This document shows, piece by piece, positions 22,831 to 36,639 of a stretch of DNA of 64,000 nt; the stretch's first letter is position 1, and each line of letters starts with the position of its first letter. The DNA is from Octopus sinensis (Eukaryota). A program made the translations under genes and the position numbers. The stretch is from contig NW_021832231.1 of NCBI RefSeq assembly GCF_006345805.1, positions 186,001-250,000 on the forward strand, written 5' to 3'. A model generated the notes under the pieces. The model had not been told where the DNA came from. It worked only from the letters and a program-made list of their open reading frames with translations, and did no database searches.

Positions 22831-25560
22831 TTAGGTGATCCCTGCCTCCAACAACAGCCGTACTTTCCTTACATGATGATCTTCTGATGAACCCGACCGT
22901 AATCCGGAAAAGCCTTCCTTCCTTCTGCAGAGGAACTCAATTGGAGGGCATTTCTTTATAACGACCGAATTCCTCTGCATGTGCCACCTTTTCCTTGAGT
23001 GGGTTTCCCAGTTCCTTGCAGAAACGTAGGAAACCCTGTCCATTCTCTGCGTCGCCTCCTCGGAAGCAAGACTGCCAACTGAGGTGTCAGTGTGGAGCAT
23101 AATCTTCCTTCTGAGTGAGTTCAAACGTTCCGCTTTCGAACAAGCAATAGCAAACCTCCAGGCTGAGCAGGCATACTCAACCGTCGGGGCAATCACTTGT
23201 TGGTAGACTTTGCTGACACAATCTTTCAGGGGGAAGGGACTCTTCTTTAACAGAGCTTTCAAGACGTCCACTTCCGCAGACCTTTAGCTAGGCCTCCTCT
23301 ACGTGACTTGAGAACGTCATTAAGGAGTCGAAAACCACGCCAAGGATCTTCTGGGTACGCGAAGAGGGAATAGGTTTGTCTCCAATGAATAGTTCCAGCC
23401 CATTCTTGAATCTTCTGTCAGTAGTAAAGAGGGTGAATTGGGATTTGGATGCAGACACACACAACATGTTTGCAGATAGCCAATCACATACACGGTTGAG
23501 GTGTGACTGGACCATTGCGACAGCCACAGAAGGAGATTTATCTCTTGCAGCGATAATCAGGTCGTCCGCATAGGATAAGAACATTATGTCTGGGTCATTA
23601 GTAGTGGGTAGGTCATGTAGAAATAGGTTAAAAAGGAGAGGAGATAAGGGGAGCCTTGTGGGACACCATTGGGCAGTAGTCTTGATCTTGAAGTAGTATT
23701 GTCGATACGGACCCTTCCGCGTCGGCCAGTTAAGAAATTTTCCAACCACAGTTTGATGTTCGGATGTAAGTTCGAATCAAATATCTTCCGCGTTAGGAGT
23801 TTCCTCGGGACAGAATCAAAAGCCTTTTGTATATCAATAGATACTAAGGCCGTCCGTAGGTGTGTTCCCATGTTAAAGCCCTCAGTGATAAATGGGAGAC
23901 AGAACACAAGTGGGTCGTTGTGGAACGGTCTGGTCTAAAACCGTGCTGGAATTCTGGCAGTTGTAGGACAGGAGAGATTCGCATTAATACGAGCTTTTCC
24001 AGTACTTTCGATAAGATACAAGTTATTGAGATTGGGCGGTATGAAGAGGGGGCATCCTTTGGTTTCCCAGGCTTTAGGATTGGCGTAATTAGGGAGTTTT
24101 TCCATATATTAGGTATCGTACGTAAGTTGATGGAGTCGTTATATAGTCTTGATAGTACGGTCCGTGCCCGGGGTCCCAGGTGTTTGAAGTGAATAGCACA
24201 AATCCCGTCGGGGCCACAAGACGGTTGGGACGTAGGGATTTAATAGCCTTGTCAACATCATCTGGTGTGAAGAAGGTGGAATACGGTTCTGGTCGTGGTC
24301 CGTGCCGTTCAGTATGTGGAGTGCGAGAGAAGTTTTTATGGCTGATCGATACATAATACTTCATAATCTTGTTTGCAAGTTTGCGAGCGGGTTCCGAGGA
24401 ATTGTGGGCAACAGCCTCAGATTCTCTGTCCTCCTCGGCGATAAGGCAATTGATCCTTCTTAGCGTTTTCCAAAAGGTGGCGCAGGAATTTCTGTGACAT
24501 AAACGTCCAACGAGACGACTCCACTTGAGTCCGTGATTAGTGCGGATCAGTTCAGAAATTTTGATATTCAAAGGACGTATGATATGGTATGAGTCATTGG
24601 ACTTGCTTTTCTTGAGGGCGTCCCGTTCTTATAAGTGATAGGATTTCTGAGGATAGTCTTGGATGAACTTCTTATATGAAGCGACAGGTATAATAATTTA
24701 TCGGCTTGCAGAATGATAGTAGACAGGATCTTGGCCGTCCTTTCCACCGTGCAATTTTCCATAGAGAGGTCGAGCAGGCAGTCGTCCACATACAGCCCGA
24801 ACCATGCCAGTTAGCTTTCGAGTAATTTTTGAACTTCGTAGGGCGGCGCGTTGGACAGAAAGGCCTCTAAGTGTCAGTACAATGGGGTTATGGTCGCTCG
24901 AGGAGCCATAACGAACATTCCACGAGATATATCCAGCCAAGGATGGAGTGCAAAGAGACAGGTCCGGGGATGTTGGGCTGTCTCTTCTACGGGTTGGTGT
25001 CCTTGTATGAGCGTATGGATCGTTTAGGATAGTCAACTTATTGAGTACGGAAGGATATATTCGCCACGAATGTCGGCCGGTTGAGACCGGAGCCAGAGCG
25101 GAATGCTTGGCATTTAGGTCGCCGCATAGCAGCAAGTCCTTCAGTCCGCCGAGTTTCAATAAGTTGGGTGTGTATTTTGAGATAAAAGAGGTCGTCGAGC
25201 TTTGCGGTGGGACATATACATTGCATAATGTAAAATGTCTTGAGGGTGAGAGAGGAACTTCTATGGAGATTTGTTCAAGGATAGGATCGTCTTGGCACAG
25301 GAGGAGATGAATGTTGTAACGTCGGTGAACACAAGCCCTCCTTGACAATGTCAATAGTCCTCCACCAAGACATCTCGTCCGGTCCTTTCGCAGTACACTG
25401 TAGCCAGGGAACCGAGGTGTTGGATGACGCGGAGAGTTTAGACTCCTTGATGAGGGCATGTCCACTTTTAATCGGGCTAGAAGGGAGCGTACTCCAGGAC
25501 CTTGCTTGGTACTCCATTGATATTCCATTGTAGGATAGTCGAGATCGGGCCCCGGATTTA
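22831..25560 (-). mobile_element. Ingi/Vingi-like APE-RT non-LTR retrotransposon (frameshifted)
   Basis: APE motifs TILQWNING, CGDLNAKH, SPDLSL, SSDHNPI; RT motifs DIQKAFDSV, GVPQGS, LSYADDL, KILGVVFD. Confidence 0.88.
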
Positions 25561-28500
25561 CTGACAATGGCATCCCACGTTAATACTATAAGTACTATAT
25601 TCACTTTTGCTTTGTGGATTAAAGCCAATTCACTTGCTAAGAGATCATACTTGTGGGATTTTTCGACTTCTACTTTTTTAAGAATTTGCTGCGAAGTTAT
25701 TCCAATTTCGATTAGTGTAATCGTATTCTTAATTTTATCCCACACGAAAATGTCGGGCTTGTTGTTATGAACGTGTGTGTCAGTATTTATAGTAGTATCG
25801 ACTCTGATCTCAACTGCTTCATTTGCAACTATAGACTGGACTGAATGGGTCTTCAATCTTTTTGACCTTTTTATTCCATACTGTCTGCAGAGATGTAAGT
25901 GAATACATCTCACTACTTCATTATGCCGTCGTAAGTAATCGCTGTTTAGCATTCGCCCACACCTGGTAGCTAGATGGTCAACAGTTTTTTTCGCAGAGCT
26001 GCAATGTTTGCAATTCGTTTCTCCTGCTCCAAAGAGGAAATTGCGGTCTTGTAGTAAACAGAAGGATGCTTCTGATCTCGGAGAGATGTTTCCATATGTT
26101 AACCACGCGGAGGACTCCGTAACATCGACATTAGTATCTTCCAAACAATTAAAGAGGCAGAGGTTTTTTCCTGATTTCTGCAATTAGGTATTCATTCTGT
26201 AATCCTTGCAGTGCCTTCACATTGAGACTTCCATGGTCTCCAATTTTGTATTTTCGAGTGATAAATTCTACGATTGTGGTCATATGTGTTTTCTTTGACT
26301 TCATGACCCGCAGAATTCCCGCTCTTCTCAAACAGTAATGAGACTTCTTTTCAAGGTCTCCTAAAAATTGGAGGAGCATTCGTTCGCTTTTTGAGTTATA
26401 GATACGAGTCCTCTCCAAGACGATTCCTGGGTAGGTATAATCTTTCTTTGTTCGCCGGCTTCAGGTGAATCTATTCTGTATTAGAATCCTCTGATTTTTT
26501 TATCAATAACCTCAAATTCGGTTGGGTCGATATCATAAGTCCAATATAATAATTATAAAGAGACAATGCATGTTCATTGATGGATTTGAATAGATTCCCT
26601 GAGTTAAGTTTTGTAGTGGCCAGATTGTTAATTCTTTTCTTCATCTCATCAAAGATTGATTTTAGCACATCGCTTTTCAGTATGTTACTCATTTTATCTT
26701 CGAGCACTCCCAGGTATCGGTAGCTATCAATTCCATCAAGTAGTTTTGCCTCGGAAGCCAAGCACTCCACGTTAGTAGCTGACTTTTCCACATTTTTCTC
26801 TAGTCCAGCAGCCTCGAAGAAAAGATTAACATCATTCATCATTTTTATCAACGTATCTTCTTTCTTCGAGAATATTTTTAAGTCATCCATGAAAAGTAGA
26901 TGGTTTGTTGAGTATGTAAGTGATCCCTGGCCAGAGTTGTCCATATTCACTTTTGGGTACTTCACATTTAATAATCTGCTTAACGGATCCATCAATAGCA
27001 CAAAGATCTGAGGGGATAACCAGTCTTCTTGTAAGATTCCCTTTCGTAATTTAAGTTCTCCAATTTCTTTTTTGTCAAATATCAATTTAAATTTCCATCT
27101 TTTCACAAATTTTTGATGAAATCTTTATCCAATTTGGAAGTCCAGAAGAGTCAAGAATCTTAAAGAAAGTCGTGGTCCCTGTGTCGAAAGCTTTTCTAAC
27201 ATCGATCCATGCAGAGGCCAAATTATTTCCGTTTTGTTGATTGACAGACTGATTAAATATTGCTTGCTCTTTGGCTCCTTGACACATTCTTTTCGTTCCC
27301 AACTGATTATCACTAACGAGATGCATCGATGTAGTCTGATAATTTCCTGTTCACACATTTCGTAGTCAGTTTATATAAATTTGGCATGCATGTAATCGGT
27401 CTTAGGTCTTTAGGAGAGTTGCAAACTTCTTTCTTAGGAATAAGATAGGTAATTCCTGAATAGAACCATTCGGCTGGACAGTATTTCCCGTTTATAATCT
27501 TTATAATTTCTTTGCACAGAAATTCATGAATCGAAGTAAATTTCTTTATAAAGAAATTATATACTCCATCACACCCAGCTGCTCTCCAGTTTGGTGATAC
27601 ATTAATCTCATCGATAATGAATTCTTTAGTGAAATCTGCATGTGTGGTTTCAGCACCAGTAGATCTGTTATTTAACGTAAATGTTTCTTCATTCCTTTCA
27701 CGTTCTTTCCATACTTCTTTCCAAAAAGATAAACAATCATCCTCATCAAATTCGAATTTAACATTTTTCTTATCCCCACTCAAAGTTCTGTAAAAATATC
27801 TTCTGTTAAGTTCAAAACACCAATTTTGTTTTCTGAACTCCTTTCTTGACTCGTGGATTCTGAGTTTTTTTCCAAAATTTGTATTTCATCCTGAATGTAA
27901 GACGAAATTCTTTCAAATTCTCCCTTCTTAGACTTTTTGTATCTGTACTCACGAAGAATTTCTCTAATTTCATCATCAAATTTCTGGTTTGTTTTCTGTA
28001 AGTCGAATGAATTAATTTGATCCAACTTCTTATTCAGATTAATCAGTTTTTCAATAATGCGCTCACTCCAGTTGCTTTTTCTTTGAGTCGACATTGTCAG
28101 GTATTCATAAGTTAATTGCCCCGCATATACAAAATCTGTAATGTCATCTAAATTTTTTGGATAATTGGATTTGGAAAATTCCCAGATTGCTGAATTAATC
28201 CCATTTAAAATTTCCTTCTTTAGTAACTGATAAGGCACTTTTCTTGTTGGCTTTCGTAAATCACGTGGGATTGATTTTACTTTCTCAATTTGGGAACAAA
28301 ATTCCTCATAACATTTTCTAAAATTGGAGACTTCAGTTTTTGGGTCATTTGCATCAGATAATTTGTCCATGGAAATTTTAGCCTTTTTCCGTTGACTTTC
28401 AATAACATCTTTATGTTAGAAACTGACTTGGTAGAAGAGAACTTTTCATTGAAAGCTTTTGTTATAAGAGGCCATCCTCCATACGGTATTCGATCGAATT

Positions 28501-28730
28501 TTGATTTAATAGCTTGAACTGCTTCATGGATCCATTCCAGTTTGTCATCCGTTTGTACTTGATCCATAATTGCTCGTAAAGATAGTAGTCTTGTTCGAAA
28601 AACAGGTTCTATAACACAGGGATGAGGTTCGATGTCGATTTCTTGAGCTTCATGCTGCCCCCTGACCACTTTCTCTACGTTAGTAGTGTTTTCTCTATCA
28701 ATATTCTTAGCGATAATGCCATTTCTCTCA
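25561..28730 (-). mobile_element. R4/NeSL-like RLE non-LTR retrotransposon, near full length, 3' end deleted
   Basis: PNWRAAGCDG, TYLIPKK..LRPITC, WIDVRKAFD, LLFMDDLKIF, YRYLGV, CCHC knuckle CKHC..DHLATRC, KPDIFVWD..LIEIG. Confidence 0.9.
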
Positions 28731-29654
28731 CTAGTAGGGTACCATCCCTCGAACCCGTAGGTAAGCACTGGGTCGAAGCACGTTTTATAAAACAAATAAA
28801 ACGTTTCCGGACTAAAGTGGAAGTGAATTATGAATTTGATATTTTATGACTGTGTCAGAGAAAAACCCACCCCTGGCATTCGAGATCTGGAATATTAAGT
28901 TGTATTTAATCATTATTTAGCAAATTAACTCCAAGATGACATTGAAAAGACTGCATCACAATTAACAGAGCTTGGTTCACTCTCTTTGGTTCGTACAGAT
29001 CTTTTGTCATACTATATTGGTTTAAGTAAGTTCCACAGTCATCTGCCACCAATTTACTAAATAATTAAGATTAATTTATTCAAGTTTAATGCAACTTGGG
29101 TCACTCGTCTTCTGAAAAAGTTAAATTTGTTGACTTAAATAGCAATATCAAAAAAATGACAAATGGGAAATTAATTTTCTTAAAAATAAAATGAATAACA
29201 ACGTCATTAAGAAATGCCAAATGGCATAAAAAAAGCTCATTCGAAACGTAAAGAAAAAAAGTAAATTTACAAAAAATAACACTCATAGATGAATTAAAAC
29301 ACAAAACTGATTACCAACCCGTAATAGCGACCACTCCAATGCAGTTAACCATTATTGAACTCCAAAAACAAACCCGTAAACAGATGACCGTACAGGAGAA
29401 ACTCCTGCAAGTGACAGTTTTGACGTTCTGTCCCAATCAGAGGCCAACTACTTAGTCCTAAACCAGAAATTACTTGACAGAGCTAATAATCGAAAATCCA
29501 CCAACATATGCCCCTTTAGAACACAGCCTTAGTCTTGAATCTATCAAAGCTCTAATTCAAAGAAAGCCTTACAAACCTTGTGTTAAAACCACATTCAACA
29601 AGCGCGTTGTACTTTCCTCAATTATATTAGTAGTATAATTTGTATGTTTATATT

Positions 29655-30020
29655 TTAGCTGTAATCGCACTTTGGTTCACCATAACGCATTCAGACCACA
29701 AAAAACGACATTAAGCCCATTGAACAGATTTGTGAAAAAATGTCTCTACATATTTGATCACAAATAACCAAGTGAATGTCACATATATGAAGGCTCTGAA
29801 TGCTGGATGGTTGGAATATGAGAATTCAGATGTCAACGAACTTAGATATTTTATTGGTTCGAATATAAAAAATGTCGGAATATTTGGACCTGGATATTAT
29901 CTTGTGAATAGAAATGATAAAGAAGGAACAAAATACATAATGCATAGATTTATTGGAAAATATGAATATCCGATGGGATTTTGTGGAAATAGTTTGCAAC
30001 AAATATTTGTTGCCTTTTAA
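29655..30020 (+). other. Unassigned open frame, possible orphan gene exon
   Basis: 88-codon ORF after an apparent TTTTAG acceptor; no recognisable motif. Confidence 0.25.
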
Positions 30021-30399
30021 GTAAATTACTTTTGATGTACAAATAAATTTATCTGAAAAAATATCTTTATAAATACAGATAAGCTGTTTTTAATCTAAAT
30101 ATTCTTTTTGTAGTGATTAGGCAAATATAAAAAGGAATGTCGCTGACTAATTTTAATATCTGTAAGCACTTTACTAAACTGCCGGTGGTTGAGGGGATGC
30201 CCTCTGACCATATTCAAAGAGAATTTGTAGTAGTTTTTAAAGATATCTTTACTTGTATCAGTTCGAGAAATTCTTCATAAATATTAAAATTTGAATTACA
30301 GGCTCTAACAAATATTGCTAATTGTGCAATTTGCGCATTGGAGCTTCTTGGTTAATAAGCAACTTAATACACTTTTTATCAAAAATACAGATTTTAACT

Positions 30400-31730
30400 T
30401 ATAAAAATCAAAATGAAGATGTTTCATGTCAGTATTTGGCTGATAGATTTTCCATTTGTTTAAAAAGAAGATTTCCAGAAAAACAATAATAATATTATTT
30501 TGAAAAAAGATTTTTTCTCAAAGAGTGTAAAAAACAAAATCTATCTTCAAAAAATGCGCATAGACTCAAGTTCCCACAGCTTGATGCTATGTTAGTTGAA
30601 TGGATGGATTCGATTGAGTCTAAAGGTAATTTGTACTAATTTATGATTAAGGTGGCTTTCTTAATGATGCTTTAATTTCAAATAAGGCTAATTTATTCGC
30701 AGCTGAATAAAACTGGATAATTTTAAAAACTCAAATGGATACCTTCATAAATTCAAAAAGAGGCCATGGTTTTCGAATGACCAAGTTACATGGAGAAATG
30801 AGAACTAATGATCCAGTAGATGTCGACTTATTTATCGAAAAATTCATAGAAATATCAAGAGTTATAATGCCGATCAAATTTATAACTTGGACGAAACGGG
30901 ATTGTACTACAAGCTGATTCTTCGAAGAGTATTTGTAGAAACATTTCAAGGATATAAAAATTTCAAAGATCGTGTTTCTATTATGCTATGTTCAAATATG
31001 AGTGGAAATCATAAATTGAAACCTGTGATGATCTCGAAAACCTAAAATGCCAAGATGCTTTAAATCTTATGACTATAAATGTTTCATTGATTATTATAGC
31101 ATAAATTTGGATAACATAAAATATTGTTTGTTTCCTCCCAAATAGTACTGGTCTTATTCAACTATAGATTTGGGTATAATAAAAACATTTAAAACACATT
31201 TTACTTGACACAAGTTAATGTATTTGACTGATTTGTTGGAACAGCAAAATATTTCAGTATACAGTTCCTACAAAAAGTTAACTCTAAAGGATACTGTAAT
31301 TTTCGTAAAAATGGCTTGGGAAGATGTGTCTGAAAAACGATTGCAAATTGTTTCGGAATTTTAAGCAACCCATTCAAAAAGAATCATGTAGTTGAAGTTC
31401 AAAGATATTGCAGTAGAAAAAACTGACATTTTTGATCCCTTAGAAGTCGAAAAATTTCTTAATTTGAATATTCTGAAAATGATACATTTCAGACGTTGAG
31501 GATATTGAAAATATAAAAAATGAAGAAGAAGTAGAAGCTGAAGTAGAATCCAATGATTCAATTGACAAAGAAGACATTGTGTTAAGTTAACTAAAATTGA
31601 AAACGAGCTCCTAAAAACATTGAGAACGAACATGAAGTTCAATTGATTACATCCATAAGGCGCTATAAGGAAAATGTCATTAAACTCAAAAAAGCAGATG
31701 GGCATCCAATTCTACTTTAAGAACATTAAT
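30400..31730 (+). mobile_element. pogo/Tigger transposase relic
   Basis: KFPQLDAMLVEW, KLHGE, QIYNLDETGLYYK, KDRVSIMLCSNMSG; many stops; TIRs not found. Confidence 0.83.
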
Positions 31731-31829
31731 AATGCTTAATTACTTAAAATTTTCTGGATAAAAGTTGTTCTTATTCAAAATTTATTACACAAAAGATTGA
31801 TTTTATTTCTCAATTGGCCATTTCCCCAT

Positions 31830-33395
31830 TACACCCATCTGGATTGAGTCCAACTCCTCGACAGTCCCTCTCTCTCCCCATTAACAGGCACATCCCCACT
31901 ACGAGGAATGGAGGATACACATATTGGTGAGGCACACCGTAACAGTCATAAAGTGAGTAATCAGGGGACAGTCGACCCATTAGTGGCAGGGTCGTACATC
32001 CAGTAGGGATCGGAAGGGAAAGTAAAACAGTCAGGAATTATCCCCGCAATCGGGGCCATTGGAATCGTCGACACTGATCCATCCGCTTGGAAGAATGAGG
32101 GAATCTTGTAGAAACCATTGGAATTTCCCCCCCAAAAACATTGAATTGTCGAAATAAAGAGACCCTGAGTGCCGAGACTGCTGTTTGTCACGTCGTTCCT
32201 TCTTGTTTTGACATCGAGCGAAGGACACCTCAATTTCCCGACTGCCCACAAACTTCTTATCCATTTTGCCGAGTGCCTTCTCTGCTGCCTTTCGGTCAAC
32301 ATAATGAACGAATAAATATTAGTAAAACGATTTATCCGCATAACACTGCCAAATCTGCTGAAAATATCCGAATATTCAGCATCAGACATGTCCCGTCAAT
32401 ATTCCTCACAAACAACACCTTGACATCCTCCTCCCCGTTCTCATCATTCACCACAACCAGTCAACCCCCACCAACTGGTCGAACGGCCTCACTCGCCCAG
32501 TAAACAACTTCTTTTGCTGGAGGAAGCATTCTTGTGTCGATCAAAGTGGATTGTACAACAACCAGGCCCCGTCAACTCCACATTCAGCACTCCATCCAAC
32601 AACTTATTGAACTCCCCATCAACGTCACTCGCCTCCTTATTCATAGGCAGATTGGACAAGGACAATTTGAGGTTAGGGATGGAAGGATTCACTCGTATCT
32701 TTCATTCCCGCCTTCAATTCCACTCCGTTGTATTTCTTGACTGCAATGTCCACTGCGTCGTCCTCCACGAAGTCACAAAACAGAACCCCTTGTTCCGTCC
32801 AGTGGCGCATCCACCATCATTCGGAGGTCGTAGATGGTGCCACACTTCTCCATCATGGGGATCAACGTGTCCTCACACAACCGAGTAGGGGATCGACCCA
32901 ATGTAGATCTCGTGTCCGTTGGCGGCCGGGATGTCCGTCATGTTGGGAGGCGGGCCATATTTCCGCTGGCCGGACGTGCGTTCGTAGGGGTAGCCAGTCC
33001 GTCGGATGATGGCCTCCATCTTTTGCTCGTCGGGTTTGAACACCTCCGTGTTGCTCAGACTGACGTTGTTCTTTCTCCTGTCCCGCACAGAGCCGATGGA
33101 CGTGCACAGGTGGGCACTCTTGTTCGAGATTGCGAGAGGTCGCTGGCTTCGAAACAGGCCGAAATGTCCTCCGCGGTCCCTCTGACTTAGACTTTTGAAG
33201 GCGTCGATCGCCCCGAGCGTCGAATTCGGAGAATTTCAGCCTCCCTGAGTTAAAAAAGGGCTGAAAGACATCAGAAACTCCTCGGAGACTCCCAGTCGTG
33301 CAGACTTTTGGCTCCGAGTAGTTTTGTGTGGTGGGGGGCGAGGAACGTTGTTTATTGGTAGTTTTGTCGAATGCATTGGATTGAGACTTAACCAT
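31830..33395 (-). CDS. HNRNPR/SYNCRIP: hnRNP R/Q (SYNCRIP)-family three-RRM protein; apparent frameshifts
   Basis: FDAR-AIDAF, SDLS..NKSAHLC, PDEQKMEAIIRRTGY..TSGQRKYGPP, EIYIGSIP, IYDLRMMVD..RGSVFVTF, RFGSVMR..YSFI..IEVSFAR. The 3' end is approximate. Confidence 0.88.
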
Positions 33396-33466
33396 CAGCC
33401 ACACGTGCGACAATCCCAAGGTCAGAAAATACAATTGTGCTGTGGTGTGATTAACGGAAACCTCAG

Positions 33467-36400
33467 ATGGTAAATAAAGAACGAAGCGAAGACGAAGTAC
33501 GAGGAACAAAGCCACTGAGGACAACTCGGGCATGTCTCTTTTGTGGGCAGTCGAATATCAGGAAACTTGGAATTAACTGCACGCCATGTGAATCATTCGC
33601 CCATTTGGGCTGCATAAAAAATGAGCAAAGCCTGCGCCGAGACGCTGTCAGCTGGCAGTGCCCCCCGTGTATTGGAAACGAGGTCCCCAGGCGGGAAACA
33701 ACAGCTCAGCCAAACTTTACATCACCACATACTGACCACATTTCTCTTGAAGATCTCGAACCTCCGGAAAGCCAGGAAAATCCCAGTAAAAATCCAAAAG
33801 GAGCACGTATTGCCGCAGCAACGTGCCTTTCAGACCTCATTGACAACGCACTGTCCTCTGACAGCTGGGATCCTGGCTTAAACTTATATGCTTCGCACCT
33901 GTTGCACTCGGAACACCTACAACGGAATCTGATAACCAGAGTAAAGAAACAAACCCCCGGCTAAACTTAACCGGGAAACTGAAGGAAGAATATTGAATTT
34001 CGGCAGTCATAGCATACACGCAATACTTGAACAGCCACTTATTGCCAATGCGGTCAAAACCAGAGGAGCATTCACCAAAGATGCCCCCAACAAACTGAAG
34101 GAGCGAGTGAATCGGAACTTCTGGAGGGCGATGTGCGGGCAGCCCTACGGGTTATCACGTCCGATGACACCGTGCTGTCTAGCACCCCCCCGAGGTCTCT
34201 GAATACCTTAACTCAGAAGCACCCAAGTGCACGAGTGATTATGTAAAGTTCTCGATCCTGAAGGAACCCAAGAGATTATGATTACCGAATCAGAAGTGCG
34301 GCGCGGAATCGCTTCTTTTGCCCGCCAGCAGCAGCGGAGGCTTGGATGGGTTTACGCCCCGGCCATATCAAGGACCTAACGTCCACCTACACCTCGAAGC
34401 AGGACGCTGTCTTGTTAAATCGATCACGGCCTAATAAGGAAAATGGTGAATGGCGACATCCCGGAGTATGCCAGAGAATTGCTCTTCTCCGCAAGGCTAC
34501 TCGCGTTCAAAAAACCCAACGGAGGAATCCGCCCATTGCGGTCGGAAACTATTTCAGAAGACTCGCAGCGAAGATTGCTTCGACCCTCGTGAGCCGCCCA
34601 CTCGGTGCGAGTTCTTCCCGAACAAATGGGTGTTAGTATCCAGAACGGATGTGAGGCAGCGGTTCATTGCAGCAAGGCGTTTCTTCACACAGAAGAATAC
34701 TGCAAACGAATGCATTGGAATCAAATTGGACATAACCAATGCATTCAATTCTCTCAGAAGAAGACTCCATTATGGAAACGTGTTGAAGAGGGCTCCCATG
34801 CTTTTCCCTCTTGTTAAATTGTCATACGGAGAAGATACGTCTCTGGTTTTTGATGATGAAATCATTAATCAAAAACTGGTGTCCAGCAGGGAGATCCGCT
34901 CGGACCCCTCTTATTTGCCCTGACAATTGATGATGTTGTGAGATCAATTGACGCACAACTAAATCTCTGGTATCTCGACGATGCACAATTGGAGGATCAT
35001 TCGAGGAAACATACAACTCTTTACGTCAAGCACTTCCCGCATTAAAACACTTGGGATTGGACATCAATATTACAATCAGAGTTAATAAATGTCTCATACT
35101 CAAACACCGACTTTCTCTCTATCAAGGAGGTTTTCAACGAACTGCTTCCCGGGATCCCGACTGTGCCAGTTGATAACTATATTTCCTTAAATGTCCACTC
35201 AGTGAAGACGAACTCAGGAACCATCTACTTTCTAAAAATGAAGAATTATCTCGCCTCGCAAAGATTGTCCATGCCTCGACTCTCACACATCCTTCTTCCT
35301 GATGAGAAACAACATCGGACTACCCAAGCTTTTATACCTACCTACTCGAAGTTCACCACACGAACTCCACACAACACTTACTTTGCGATAGCCACGACAT
35401 TACGACAGTCTACTTTCGATAACAAATCTCTCAACAAACTGTTGAGTCACTAATCAACGTCCGCTTCGACGAACTCGGTGGAAGCAATGTAAGCTTCCCT
35501 CTGGATTTGGGGGTGTCGGTCTAAGATCGGGCGCTGGAGGTCGCGTACCCGGCATATCTTTCGTCTCTCTCAAGCTGCAAACATTTGACACGGCAAGTCC
35601 TTCGTCACACTATTGGACTTCGCTGGAATGAGTCATTTGATAAGCTTGCCGGGATTGGAACGGTCAGGACTCAAAATCCCCGAAGACACAACGAAACAAG
35701 GAACTGGGATAACATTGTCTGCTCCAAAATTTCAGAGGGCTTAAAAAAGAAGCAAATCAACATCGTCTTGCTTGCTGGTGTCAGCCTCAAGTGGAGGGAG
35801 CGGAGCATGGCTTGTGTAATCCTTGCCCAAATCTCGGGACTTTTTTGGACGACGATTCTTTGAGGATTGGAATCGGACAAAGACTTGGACTAGACGTTTG
35901 CCAGGAGCACCGATGCCGCTGCGGAAAACGGTCGATGCGAAGGGATTGCACCCGCTATCCTGCAGGAGATCCGCCGGAAGAGGACCACGTCACGCCGCTC
36001 TGAACGACGTGATCGTCAGAGCTCTGAAGGCTGCAGGCTTCCCAGCACAGCTTGAACCAGTGGGTCTCGATCGAGGTGATGGAAAGAGACCTGACGGATG
36101 ACTCTTTTCCCTTTCAACTCCGGACGATCTTTTGTCTGGGACGCAACTTGCGTCGATACTTACTCAAGCACGAATCTCCTTAAATCGTTCAGACACCTGG
36201 AGCAGCTGCCTCAATCGCGGAAAACCTTAAAACCAAAAAATTCCTTCCTCGGGACCGCTACAGATTCACCCCTGTTGCGGCTGAGTCATCAGGAGCAGTT
36301 GGCCCAGCGACTGCCGAGTTCTTGCGCGAACTCGGAAGAATGCTCGCCACAAAGAAGAATGATCCTCGTGAAGGAGTATGGCTAAGACAAAGGATCGGAA

Positions 36401-36480
36401 TAGCCATACTCCGAGGAACTCGCTTTCCATACAGGCAGCGGGCTTCCTCAATTGATTTCTCAAATCAATCTCTTCTCTTT
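33467..36480 (+). mobile_element. Near full-length CRE-clade non-LTR retrotransposon with N-terminal PHD finger
   Basis: PHD CLFC-x11-CTPC-x4-HLGC-x13-WQCPPC; RT KPNGGIRPIAVG, KLDITNAFNS, LWYLDDA; CCHC CRCG..HPLSC; [23 protein letters not shown]. Frameshifted. Confidence 0.92.
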
Positions 36481-36639
36481 CGATATAATAACTTTATTTC
36501 TCGAATTGACCACAAAAACACGTGGACCCAAATGGCCAATTTCAGAGGAGTCACTGTACCTTCGAAATAATTGTATGATTAGATTGATAATGCCTTTTAG
36601 GTTGTATTCTTTCTTGAAACATTCCAGTCCGCTGGTTAT

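Noticed and set aside
28735-28830. Separate gene at the start of ORF 28277-28795
   Set aside because: DPVLTYGFEGWY is an RTE-like scrap fused by chance to the R4-like element.
29330-29560. Possible rRNA or structured RNA fragment
   Set aside because: No recognisable conserved rRNA/tRNA motif on either strand.
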